Source: a virus
Length of the DNA: 64,000 bases
IMG/VR virus record: IMGVR_UViG_3300021471_000007
Coordinates: 1 to 64,000 of that record
Direction: 5' to 3' (one strand)
Shown: positions 7,914 to 16,463 of the stretch, one piece after another
How the letters are laid out: each line of letters starts with the position of its first letter
Position numbering within the stretch: position 1 is the first letter of the stretch
The notes under the pieces: generated by a model
What the model was told of the DNA's origin: nothing
The model's database searches: none
What the model saw: only the letters and a program-made list of their open reading frames with translations
Position numbers and translations under genes: made by a program

Positions 7914-8279
7914 ATGGGAAAAAAGAAAAGTATAGATGAGTTGTTAGACGGATTTGAATATGAAAGATACGACGGAAAAAGCAGAGGAAGCATTCAAATG
8001 ACAGAAGACACCATAAAACAATTGGTTAGCATTAAGGAATCTATTATAATTAAAGGCAAAACATCGGTGTTAATACCATTTGAATTGGTGAAGGAACAAT
8101 TTGGACACAATTATAAATATTTACATAGTTATACCTGGCAACTCAATAAAAAACTAAAACAGATACGAATAGGACTAAAAGTTGGAGAGAAAACAAAACG
8201 GCAACCGGGAGATGTTGGAAAAAGAAAATATGTTAGATTTTATTTATTTGATGAATGGAACGGAGGTGACGGCAAATGA
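7914..8279 (+). CDS. Hypothetical protein, possibly DNA-binding
   Basis: GGAGGTG RBS; basic protein. Confidence 0.75.
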   Translation: MGKKKSIDELLDGFEYERYDGKSRGSIQMTEDTIKQLVSIKESIIIKGKTSVLIPFELVKEQFGHNYKYLHSYTWQLNKKLKQIRIGLKVGEKTKRQPGDVGKRKYVRFYLFDEWNGGDGK

Positions 8280-8731
8280 AGTGTGTTCATTGCGGAAGAG
8301 AGTGTGATTCATATTTTGAAACTAAAAGCGGAAGACCGCTATGTATGAGGTGCAAAATATATTATTCAAAAAGTAGTAATGAATTGAGGTATGCTGATGA
8401 ATTTGAGGTTGAAATGATAAACTCTTTGTTAAATGATAGTAGCAACAAGCGGTTAAATATGAATTTTAATATAACGGGCGCTTATATAAGATTACACGAT
8501 ACAATAAAAAATATAGATTTAAATAAACCATATAATGGAAACAAAACCAGGTATCTGTTGTATTTTTATATGCCGGAATTAAATGATTTTACTTTTGATA
8601 TTATGTATGATGCGGATTTAAATTCGTTTTTATGTTCATCTGGCAAAACAAAAAAATACAAAACACTATTAGGTTGTTTTGTGGAAATGGCAAGACAGAT
8701 GAAAAAAATAATAAAAATAAGGAGGAATTAA
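8276..8731 (+). CDS. N-terminal Zn-finger hypothetical protein
   Basis: MKCVHCG...LCMRC. Confidence 0.75.
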   Translation: MKCVHCGRECDSYFETKSGRPLCMRCKIYYSKSSNELRYADEFEVEMINSLLNDSSNKRLNMNFNITGAYIRLHDTIKNIDLNKPYNGNKTRYLLYFYMPELNDFTFDIMYDADLNSFLCSSGKTKKYKTLLGCFVEMARQMKKIIKIRRN

Positions 8732-8732
8732 T

Positions 8733-9731
8733 ATGTGTGGAATAGGAGCATTGGTGATTAACAAGGAAGTAGATAATGAACGAAAAGAGAACATGATAGA
8801 AGGCATGTATAGAGCGTTAGAGAAACGTGGCTCGGATGCATCAGGAATGTTAACGATAGACAAAGACGGAGTGCCTTTTGTATACAAAAAACCGGTAGAA
8901 GCATCAGAATTTTTAGTGGATGTTGGATTCAGGAAGTTCTTAAAACAACATATAAAAAACAATATATTTGTGGTGCACACAAGAGCGAAAACAAAAGGAG
9001 AACCAGCAAACAATAACAATAACCACCCAATAATAGGAGATAGATACATAATAGTGCATAATGGTGTGGTATTGGATAGGTTGGATAAACTAATAAAGCA
9101 ATTAAACAAAAAACAATATGAACAGAAAAATATAGAGGTGGATTCATATGCAATAACGGTGCTATTAGACAAGTATGGTATAGAAGGATTAAGCAGTTTG
9201 GATTCAAGCAATGCAATAATAGGATATGATACAAAAGCCAAAAAGTTAATACTATGGAGGAACAAAAAAGAACTCCTTGTAGGTTATGGCAATGATATAT
9301 TTGTTGCGGCATCTAACAAGGAAGCAATAGAAAATGTATTTAACAAAAGAGAATATATATTAAATATCGTGGAGCATACAGAATATAATACGAATTATGT
9401 ATATTCGGATATGAAAGATAAAACACTATACGAAACAAAACTTAAGGATATAAATTTTAAAGCGATGCCAATATATTACAGGGCTAAAACGGTGGAAGAA
9501 ATAATCGACAAATTCAAGGGTTCGAGTGTGTGTGAAATAGACGGTATTTTCTATATAAAATTCATATCTGATTTGGAAAAGAAAACGAATAAGGCATTGA
9601 AGCGTGTATTCAGTAAATACAACGAATACTGGAAAGTAAGAGATACAAAACTGAGGCAATTTATAGAAATACTAAGCAAATATGAAAGTAATGAGTGGAA
9701 ACCGCACAAGCATAAGAGGTGGGGAAGATGA
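8733..9731 (+). CDS. Class II (Ntn) glutamine amidotransferase
   Basis: N-terminal MCGI, RGSDASG, HTRAKT, NNHP, VHNGV, EVDS. Confidence 0.93.
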   Translation: MCGIGALVINKEVDNERKENMIEGMYRALEKRGSDASGMLTIDKDGVPFVYKKPVEASEFLVDVGFRKFLKQHIKNNIFVVHTRAKTKGEPANNNNNHPIIGDRYIIVHNGVVLDRLDKLIKQLNKKQYEQKNIEVDSYAITVLLDKYGIEGLSSLDSSNAIIGYDTKAKKLILWRNKKELLVGYGNDIFVAASNKEAIENVFNKREYILNIVEHTEYNTNYVYSDMKDKTLYETKLKDINFKAMPIYYRAKTVEEIIDKFKGSSVCEIDGIFYIKFISDLEKKTNKALKRVFSKYNEYWKVRDTKLRQFIEILSKYESNEWKPHKHKRWGR

Positions 9732-10876
9732 AAACAAAATCATTTGGAATCGAAGTAGAATATCCGATGTGGGATTCTGGGGGAGGATACACGGCTTGGG
9801 TAGATGAGTTTAATATTCTGTCCAAAAAGTTACCAGGAAAGTTATACAGAGATGCAACACCGTGCGGAGAATATGCAACATCGGTGCACACGGATTACAA
9901 TGCTTTGTTGGATGAATTGTTTTCATCTTTCAAACAAATAATGGAAGCAGCAAACAATGACGGCGTATCTATTGGTCTAATAGGTGCATACGGTGGACTT
10001 AGAGAAACATGGAGCGGACATATGCATTTAGGCAAGGCTCCAGATAAGAAATTTACATATAAAGAACACGATGAATTAAAGCGGCAGTTGCATGGAGCAC
10101 AAACATTAATAGAGTTATTAGCACAAAACAAAGGTGATGGTACAAGAAAAGATAGGAGAGCAACTACACGGTCTTACTTTAGGAAATCTACTTTCTGGGC
10201 ACAAGAAACAGATAGAAATGTGAATTTGGCATGGAATGATTTAGGAACACTGGAATGTAGAATTCCGCCTTCATCGGATTTCTTTCATTTGGTATTTGTA
10301 TTAGCAACGATGAGGGCGTGGGCAAATTCAGAAATATATACATATGGATTATCATCAAATTGGGACCAAGCAATAAACAACGGTTCAGAAGGAAAGTATA
10401 TGATACCAACTCCAAACGGTGTTGAGATAGTATCATATCAGGCATATGTTACATATTGGCTCGAAAGGATAAAACCACAATTGGATGCAGAACTAAAAAC
10501 ACTTAAACAGAAATACAGGCACAAAGTAGAGGAATATAGGGAATTCTTACCATATACGACATTATCGGATGTAGTAACGCCTTGGACTAAAACAAAGTTA
10601 TTTAATAAGACAGCGGATTTAATAGTGAAAAAGCATACATATATAGATGGCATAAAATTAAATTTGTTGTTCCCAAACATAAAAGGAAAACTGGACAATA
10701 AAAAAATAATAGACATAATACAGCGTGTTGATAAAAGTGAGGAGTCAAAAGAATACAAAAGATTAAGATTATTTCAGGAAGCAATAAGGAGAGGAAAACC
10801 AACAATAGCAAAACCAGAAGACAGGGATAAAGTGAGGCTATATTTATCAAAGGAAATGATTAAGGAGGCGATATAG
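9728..10876 (+). CDS. COOH-NH2 ligase (glutamate-cysteine ligase/amidoligase fold)
   Basis: FGIEVEY (ExE), DAT..GEYAT, GHMHLG, TLECR; overlaps the GATase gene. Confidence 0.82.
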   Translation: MKTKSFGIEVEYPMWDSGGGYTAWVDEFNILSKKLPGKLYRDATPCGEYATSVHTDYNALLDELFSSFKQIMEAANNDGVSIGLIGAYGGLRETWSGHMHLGKAPDKKFTYKEHDELKRQLHGAQTLIELLAQNKGDGTRKDRRATTRSYFRKSTFWAQETDRNVNLAWNDLGTLECRIPPSSDFFHLVFVLATMRAWANSEIYTYGLSSNWDQAINNGSEGKYMIPTPNGVEIVSYQAYVTYWLERIKPQLDAELKTLKQKYRHKVEEYREFLPYTTLSDVVTPWTKTKLFNKTADLIVKKHTYIDGIKLNLLFPNIKGKLDNKKIIDIIQRVDKSEESKEYKRLRLFQEAIRRGKPTIAKPEDRDKVRLYLSKEMIKEAI

Positions 10877-11272
10877 TTGATATATGTATGTGCGCCACAT
10901 TATAAAACGGAAGATTTAACAGGTGATATAGCAGAGGAAATAGCAAAGGAAGCAGGTGTAGAGTTTGTAACAGGAACGGTGGATAATGCCATGTTTGTAT
11001 TAGAAATAGGCGGTATAGAAGACAAAGTGATAGATGGCAGCATACCGGATTTGTTGGTGGATGATAAAACACATACACAAATATTTAAAACCATATTTGA
11101 TAGAATATTTAATATACGAAAAACAACATTTAATACGGCATTATCCAACACATTTGATAGAAGGTATGCCAGATTGGAACTTACAAATAAAGTAAGATAT
11201 AGTGAAAAACACAGGAAACTGTTGGTAAAAACAGCAGCGGAAATATTAAGGGAGATTAAAAAACTCTTTTAA
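10877..11272 (+). CDS. Short or degenerate Zn-hydrolase-fold protein (N-formylglutamate amidohydrolase-like)
   Basis: VCAPH, FVLEIGG (His of DxHG missing), RLELT..VR; parallels the next gene. Confidence 0.55.
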   Translation: MIYVCAPHYKTEDLTGDIAEEIAKEAGVEFVTGTVDNAMFVLEIGGIEDKVIDGSIPDLLVDDKTHTQIFKTIFDRIFNIRKTTFNTALSNTFDRRYARLELTNKVRYSEKHRKLLVKTAAEILREIKKLF

Positions 11273-11325
11273 TTTTATTTTAAGGGATAGTGTTTAGGCA
11301 TTATTCCGAATAAAATAAAGGAGGT

Positions 11326-12102
11326 ATGAATATGAGTGTAACGAATTTTGGTGCAGGAGACGAAAATAGTGTTGTTATTTCGGTGCCGCATCATAAAGTA
11401 ATTAAAGTCAGGACAAGGCCGGTACGGATGTATGAAACGGAAGAAACCATGACAAAGGAAATAGGAAGGGAACTTGCTACTGAAACAAAATCGGCATTAG
11501 TATTAAATGAAACAGAAGTGGATGTAAATAATCCATATGACTTTTTTAAAAACGATGCGGAAATAAAAGAGCAATACTATAATGATATAAGGAAACTTAA
11601 ACCACGCTTGGTTTTGGATATACACGGGGCAGCAGACAAGGGACCATTGTTTCTTGGTTCCAATGTAAACGGAAAAAGGTATATGCGTGAGTATTACGAT
11701 AAACCTATAATGGAATCTGTTCCAAGACCGGATGTAGACATAGAATTCAGGAGGAAGATAGGCGATGTCACATCAAGAGGCATAGTAATACACAAGTTAT
11801 CTGAATTTCTGGCAAGACACGGATTGGTAGTTGGCATAGAGATGGTATATCCAGGAGGCAGAGTAATAAAAGAAACAGCAGGAATAAACACAGATAGTAT
11901 TGCTTTGGAAATAACAAAAAGAGTAAGGACAGACGATGAAAGACGGAGTCAGTTAATAGATGCGTTGTCTGAATTTATAAAGTGGTATAGGACAGGAGAA
12001 GATGAAGAAAACATAGACCATATAGAAAATGATGAAAGAAGGAGCGATGAAATAACATCGGAATTGGCACAGCATTCGCAAACAGAACGTTATATTGGCT
12101 GA
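11326..12102 (+). CDS. Zn-dependent amidohydrolase (N-formylglutamate amidohydrolase / poly-gamma-glutamate hydrolase-like)
   Basis: VVISVPH, E..T, LVLDIHG, Y.GG, ALEI..VR. Confidence 0.75.
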   Translation: MNMSVTNFGAGDENSVVISVPHHKVIKVRTRPVRMYETEETMTKEIGRELATETKSALVLNETEVDVNNPYDFFKNDAEIKEQYYNDIRKLKPRLVLDIHGAADKGPLFLGSNVNGKRYMREYYDKPIMESVPRPDVDIEFRRKIGDVTSRGIVIHKLSEFLARHGLVVGIEMVYPGGRVIKETAGINTDSIALEITKRVRTDDERRSQLIDALSEFIKWYRTGEDEENIDHIENDERRSDEITSELAQHSQTERYIG

Positions 12103-12125
12103 GGCCAATATTTCTTTTTTCTTTA
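12092..12125 (+). terminator. Hairpin + T-run terminator
   Basis: ATATTGGC-TGAG-GCCAATAT then TTCTTTTTT. Confidence 0.65.
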
Positions 12126-12137
12126 TGAGGTGTTGGT

Positions 12138-12401
12138 ATGAAAAAACGATTAATAGATTATGTAAAGAACGATGGATGTGGCATTGGTTGGGGAATTGTG
12201 AGAGAGGATTTATGTGAAGACCATATGTATGGAGAATATGTTGCAATTGATTCCATGATACGCTTCGCCGGATGTCTGGTGACTATAATAGAGGAACACT
12301 CTGATTACTTTAAAATCGCTGAGGATCCGGAAGAGTGTTGTTGGACCGAGGAAATGTTTTCTGAACTTCATATAAATAACAGATATGGGGTGGTTAGATG
12401 A
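12138..12401 (+). CDS. SH3/KOW-like small protein with LxDY tag
   Basis: MKKRLIDY...GCLVTI...WTEEMF. Confidence 0.72.
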   Translation: MKKRLIDYVKNDGCGIGWGIVREDLCEDHMYGEYVAIDSMIRFAGCLVTIIEEHSDYFKIAEDPEECCWTEEMFSELHINNRYGVVR

Positions 12402-12724
12402 AAAACAAATTGAATGATTATATAACGGATGATGTAATTTTTAGTATAACAATAGCAGGAAATGAACTAAAAACAAAAATAGGAAGGACTGCACTCGAGG
12501 AATTCATAGACGGTCCAATGAATACTACAAACTCTATAATGTTTTTTGTAGGACTATTGGATAACCTAACATCAGATGGAAATAAGGTTTCAGTTGAATA
12601 TATAAGTGACCATACAGAAGAAATTTTGGCAAAACTCACGGCAGAGGTGAGTAAATATGCATTTGAACAATATATGAAGGATATCATTAAAAAACTTAAT
12701 CTTGAAGTATTGGTGGAGGTTTGA
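12398..12724 (+). CDS. Hypothetical protein with LxDY tag
   Basis: MKNKLNDY; start overlaps the previous stop. Confidence 0.75.
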   Translation: MKNKLNDYITDDVIFSITIAGNELKTKIGRTALEEFIDGPMNTTNSIMFFVGLLDNLTSDGNKVSVEYISDHTEEILAKLTAEVSKYAFEQYMKDIIKKLNLEVLVEV

Positions 12725-12727
12725 TAT

Positions 12728-13024
12728 ATGAAAATAAAAATAATAAATTCGGGACACAGGCGGTTTAGATACAAAAAATACGATGATGACATCAATGATG
12801 GAATCACACTGGATTTTTCTTCATTTGCATATCCAGGATATGAAAGGATTGGTATGAACGAAAGTGTGGTTTTGCATATAGAAAACAAAATAACAGAGGA
12901 AGATATTATTAAATACTTTAAGAATATGTTTTGGCAAGACCAAGAAGAATTGTTAAGGCGGTTGAACAAATACAGAGCGGCACCGCTTAATATACAAAGA
13001 AATAATAATAGTGTTAATGAGTAG
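12728..13024 (+). CDS. Hypothetical protein
   Basis: GGAGGT RBS; co-oriented with neighbours. Confidence 0.7.
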   Translation: MKIKIINSGHRRFRYKKYDDDINDGITLDFSSFAYPGYERIGMNESVVLHIENKITEEDIIKYFKNMFWQDQEELLRRLNKYRAAPLNIQRNNNSVNE

Positions 13025-13090
13025 CGGCATAGCCATACGGCTGCGGAAAGTGCTCAGGAGGAGCGTGTACCGTTGTGTCATGCCGCTATT
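13021..13090. ncRNA. Small multi-stem structured element
   Basis: TAGCGGCAT/ATGCCGCTA closing stem enclosing AGCC-ATAC-GGCT and GCTC-AGGAG-GAGC hairpins. Confidence 0.45.
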
Positions 13091-13179
13091 CTCCATATAT
13101 GTCTATCTGGTACCAGATGGGAACGAAGTCGTGTAAAAAAACCGTAACCTTTATATTCCTATTTAGCCAATATATATGT

Positions 13180-13713
13180 ATGGTAGGAATAATAGATAGA
13201 ACCGAAGGTGCGGCGCAGTATATATTTAAACAGCGTGCAAAAGGTTTAGGATACAGGCAAATTGCAAGAGGATTAAAAGCGAATTTCGGTTTAAGCGTTT
13301 CACACATGACCGTTAAAAACTTCATAGAAAACAAATCTGGAGACATGCAATATTTGATACAAGGAAACAACGAATTAAAAGAAGAAACAGAAGAACTGGT
13401 AAAAGAAACGGTTAGGGAGTTGAAGATACTTAAAAAAAGGATGTGGGAGCTTCTTGATAAAGTTGATTATAAAGGCGATTCACGTGCTATGGTACAAACT
13501 GCTTCTGAAATAAGGAAAATATTAGAGACACAAGAACGCATAATGGATGTAATTACTAACCCAAGGCAAACTACAAACGTAAATATTTCGGATTTGAATT
13601 TAAGGATAGAAAATGTAATTCAAAATAACTTCATTGCAATATTACAGAAATTAGAAAAGCGTGGATTAATAAAAATCAAAGGAACAGAAAGCGAATTAAA
13701 ATCCTCATTATAA
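13180..13713 (+). CDS. HTH + coiled-coil protein, terminase small subunit-like (leaderless)
   Basis: GLGYRQIARGLKANFGLSVSHMTV HTH, helical body, TTNVNI tail; TTTATAT about 25-30 nt upstream of ATG 13180. Confidence 0.55.
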   Translation: MVGIIDRTEGAAQYIFKQRAKGLGYRQIARGLKANFGLSVSHMTVKNFIENKSGDMQYLIQGNNELKEETEELVKETVRELKILKKRMWELLDKVDYKGDSRAMVQTASEIRKILETQERIMDVITNPRQTTNVNISDLNLRIENVIQNNFIAILQKLEKRGLIKIKGTESELKSSL

Positions 13714-13744
13714 ATATTTCTTTTTAGGATAAATATGGAATTGT

Positions 13745-13764
13745 GAAGCGATAGCTTTATATAC
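13745..13764 (+). promoter_or_regulatory. BRE-TATA promoter (20-mer identical to 19802-19821)
   Basis: GAAGCGATAGCTTTATATAC; ATG 13785 follows with no RBS (leaderless). Confidence 0.8.
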
Positions 13765-13784
13765 GATGGTACCCAAATAGTAAT

Positions 13785-14069
13785 ATGACTGAAAAAAGGC
13801 TGCAACTAATATTCGGCAACACAACATTATTTAGGCTATTAGATGAGCTAATAATGAATAGACAGTATAGAACAATGACACAACTGGCACAGGATGCAAA
13901 TATAAGCAGAACTACATTGTTGAAACTAACACAAAAATTAAAAGAAACGAATATAATTAGTAGAACAAGGCGTGGACGTGAAACGTTGATACGACTCAGC
14001 AAAAACAGAATAGCAAAACAATTATGCGGTCTTGCATATGAAGTTGAGGAAGTATGGAAGAAGCAATGA
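13785..14069 (+). CDS. Winged-HTH transcriptional regulator
   Basis: TMTQLAQDANISRTTL...L.ETNII.RTRRGRE. Confidence 0.85.
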   Translation: MTEKRLQLIFGNTTLFRLLDELIMNRQYRTMTQLAQDANISRTTLLKLTQKLKETNIISRTRRGRETLIRLSKNRIAKQLCGLAYEVEEVWKKQ

Positions 14070-15073
14070 AAGGCTGGGTAACCATTTTAAAGGGCGAACA
14101 ATCAGATTTAATGGCTAATGATGAAAAAAATCCCTCATGGAGACCTATAGACGAAGTGGATGAACCACAATCGAGACAAGTTGTAGATTCGGAATTAATA
14201 TTTGACATTGACGGAGATGATTACGAACCAGCGAGGATGTTAGCACAAAACTTGGAAAATGAGTTATTCAGCCAGAACATTCCATTCTTAAGGTTTACTT
14301 CAGGAAGATTGTTTCACTATTCGGTCTTCATTGATCATGCATCAACATTTGATCCGGCGCACATGATCGATTATTATAAAAAAAATAAAAGCGAATTTGA
14401 TAAGAGGCATTATGTTTATAACTTTGCAAAAAAAATGAGGTATGCTGTATTTAAATATATATTAGATAAGGTGGCACCGGTTAAAGGCGCTAATATTGAC
14501 TGTGGCCTCATGAAATCAAAGAGACATTTAATACGTATTTGTGGTGGTCGGCACTCCTCCGGTTATTATAAGTCGCTCCTATCCAAAATTCCCGACCACC
14601 AACCACATATCAAAAAAGATGATGTAGTATATCCAAAGTCAATAAATTATTGGTTTGTAAATGATTTTATTACATCATTTGCATATAAATATCATTTAAG
14701 GCCAATTGTCCACAGGGGAAAAAGAGATAAAAAACAAAAACATATTAAATGGATTGAAAAAATATTTGAAATTGAAATAGACGATGGGAGACACCGCGTA
14801 GTAAACTTGATACTTGCACCGTATCTGGTAAATATCGTTGGAATGGATGTTGATAAAGCTACAGATAAAATATATGAGTGGGTTGAACATAACAAAGAAT
14901 TATCATACACACAAATAACAAGAGATTATATAAAGTATCAGGTTGAATATGCATTAAAGCGCGAATTACAACCACTATCAAAGGCAAGTCTAAGGTATTA
15001 TTTTAGTGAGAAAATACAAAAGAAACTATGTGGATACTATTATGATAATACATTAAAGGGGTTTAGTAAATGA
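14054..15073 (+). CDS. AEP DNA primase with C-terminal PriX-like domain
   Basis: IFDID, TSGRLFH, RHLIR primase motifs; WIEKI...DDGRHR...LAPYLVNI resembles PriX. Confidence 0.8.
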   Translation: MEEAMKGWVTILKGEQSDLMANDEKNPSWRPIDEVDEPQSRQVVDSELIFDIDGDDYEPARMLAQNLENELFSQNIPFLRFTSGRLFHYSVFIDHASTFDPAHMIDYYKKNKSEFDKRHYVYNFAKKMRYAVFKYILDKVAPVKGANIDCGLMKSKRHLIRICGGRHSSGYYKSLLSKIPDHQPHIKKDDVVYPKSINYWFVNDFITSFAYKYHLRPIVHRGKRDKKQKHIKWIEKIFEIEIDDGRHRVVNLILAPYLVNIVGMDVDKATDKIYEWVEHNKELSYTQITRDYIKYQVEYALKRELQPLSKASLRYYFSEKIQKKLCGYYYDNTLKGFSK

Positions 15074-15408
15074 CAGAAAAGGTGTTTGTATATGGTACAC
15101 TAAAGAATGGTACAGGGAAGCCCGCGTATGTTGTTGGTGAAATGAGGCACTGCCTTTATTATCCAACAATAAAACTTGGTGGAAAAACATTAGTAAAAGG
15201 AGAAATTCGAAAAGTGGATTTATCAACACTTTTTGAATGGGACCTGTTAGAGGGATACCATCCAGGCGATAAGAATAGTTTGTATATAAGGAGAGAAACA
15301 AAAACTACAGACGGTGAAGAAATTTGGGTATATGAAGGCAACCTTTCGTGGAGGTTATCTAAAAAAATGGTCCCCAAAAATAATATATATGAATGGAGGT
15401 CGATATAA
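15070..15408 (+). CDS. Gamma-glutamylcyclotransferase (AIG2-like)
   Basis: VFVYGTLK, VKGE, DLLEG...LYIR, WVYE. Confidence 0.9.
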   Translation: MTEKVFVYGTLKNGTGKPAYVVGEMRHCLYYPTIKLGGKTLVKGEIRKVDLSTLFEWDLLEGYHPGDKNSLYIRRETKTTDGEEIWVYEGNLSWRLSKKMVPKNNIYEWRSI

Positions 15409-15737
15409 TGGTCTATCATGGACATCCGATGTTTTATAAAATTTTGGATGAGTTAAAAGAACTACACGATAAAAAAAACCAACAATATGCTTCGGAGAAG
15501 GATCCATTATCTAACTTCAAAAGAGCATCTGCACTCGGTGAAAAACTGTTTAATCCTAATATAAAAAACAAGCCACTTGCATATTTGTTGGCACTGGTAT
15601 CAAAACAAATAGATTGTGTTTATGATATTGTTGGTGAAGGAAAAGAAAACACAATTGAGGAACTTGAGGACAAGTTAAAAGACATTGCAACATATGCAAT
15701 ACTTGCAATAATATTAGAAAGAGAATTTAAAAAATGA
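15408..15737 (+). CDS. DUF1599-like / all-helical nucleotide-modification-associated protein
   Basis: KKNQQYA...DPLSNF...K...DIATYAIL. Confidence 0.7.
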   Translation: MVYHGHPMFYKILDELKELHDKKNQQYASEKDPLSNFKRASALGEKLFNPNIKNKPLAYLLALVSKQIDCVYDIVGEGKENTIEELEDKLKDIATYAILAIILEREFKK

Positions 15738-15746
15738 GGTGTTTTT

Positions 15747-15998
15747 ATGGAACAAAAGAAATATGATAAGTTTATAAAATATATGTGCACAAAACTGGCA
15801 GATAGTATTATAAGGAGACGTATTAAAACAATTACGAAAGAAATACCAAAAAAAGATATAGAAAAAATATTAAACGAGAAGGATACGGACGAAACATATA
15901 AACTAAGTTTTGAACTTGAATTCGGTGCTCCTGTGATCCGTTTATTGTATTCATATTTTGAGGACGATATATTGTTCTTTGGGGTAGACGAACAATGA
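15747..15998 (+). CDS. Hypothetical protein
   Basis: GAGGTG RBS; stop overlaps the next start. Confidence 0.65.
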   Translation: MEQKKYDKFIKYMCTKLADSIIRRRIKTITKEIPKKDIEKILNEKDTDETYKLSFELEFGAPVIRLLYSYFEDDILFFGVDEQ

Positions 15999-16459
15999 AG
16001 TTAAATTTGGGCTGTGGTAAAAACAAAAAAACGGGTTTTATAAATGTAGATAAGCGAAAATGGGTAGAACCTGATGTAGTAATGGATTTGGAAAAAAAAT
16101 GGAAGTTCAAGGACAATACAGTTGATGAAGTCTTTATCAGCCATGTAATAGAGCATATCAAAGATTTACATCATTTTATGCGGGAACTATACAGAGTATG
16201 TAAAGATGGTGCGGAGATAACTATTATAGCACCATACTGGAAACACCACAGCGCATTTGACGATCCTGACCATTGTAGGTTTATGACAGAATATTCGTTT
16301 ATGTATTTCAATCAGGATACACACGGTAGCGACAAAAGTACAATGGAAGAGGCCTTTGGTTATTATGTCGATTTCAAAACAATGGATATACAGTATATTG
16401 TTCAAAACACCGAAATAACTACAATAAAATACATATTGAAGGTTGTAAAAAAACAGTGA
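15995..16459 (+). CDS. SAM-dependent methyltransferase (Methyltransf_11-like)
   Basis: KLNLGCG, NVD, HVIEH, ELYRVCKDG, DPDH. Confidence 0.9.
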   Translation: MKLNLGCGKNKKTGFINVDKRKWVEPDVVMDLEKKWKFKDNTVDEVFISHVIEHIKDLHHFMRELYRVCKDGAEITIIAPYWKHHSAFDDPDHCRFMTEYSFMYFNQDTHGSDKSTMEEAFGYYVDFKTMDIQYIVQNTEITTIKYILKVVKKQ

Positions 16460-16463
16460 GCAT

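Noticed and set aside
13021-13090. tRNA, SECIS or group II intron domain V
   Set aside because: No T-loop GTTC or cloverleaf, no gene with an in-frame UGA noticed, and no full domain V consensus
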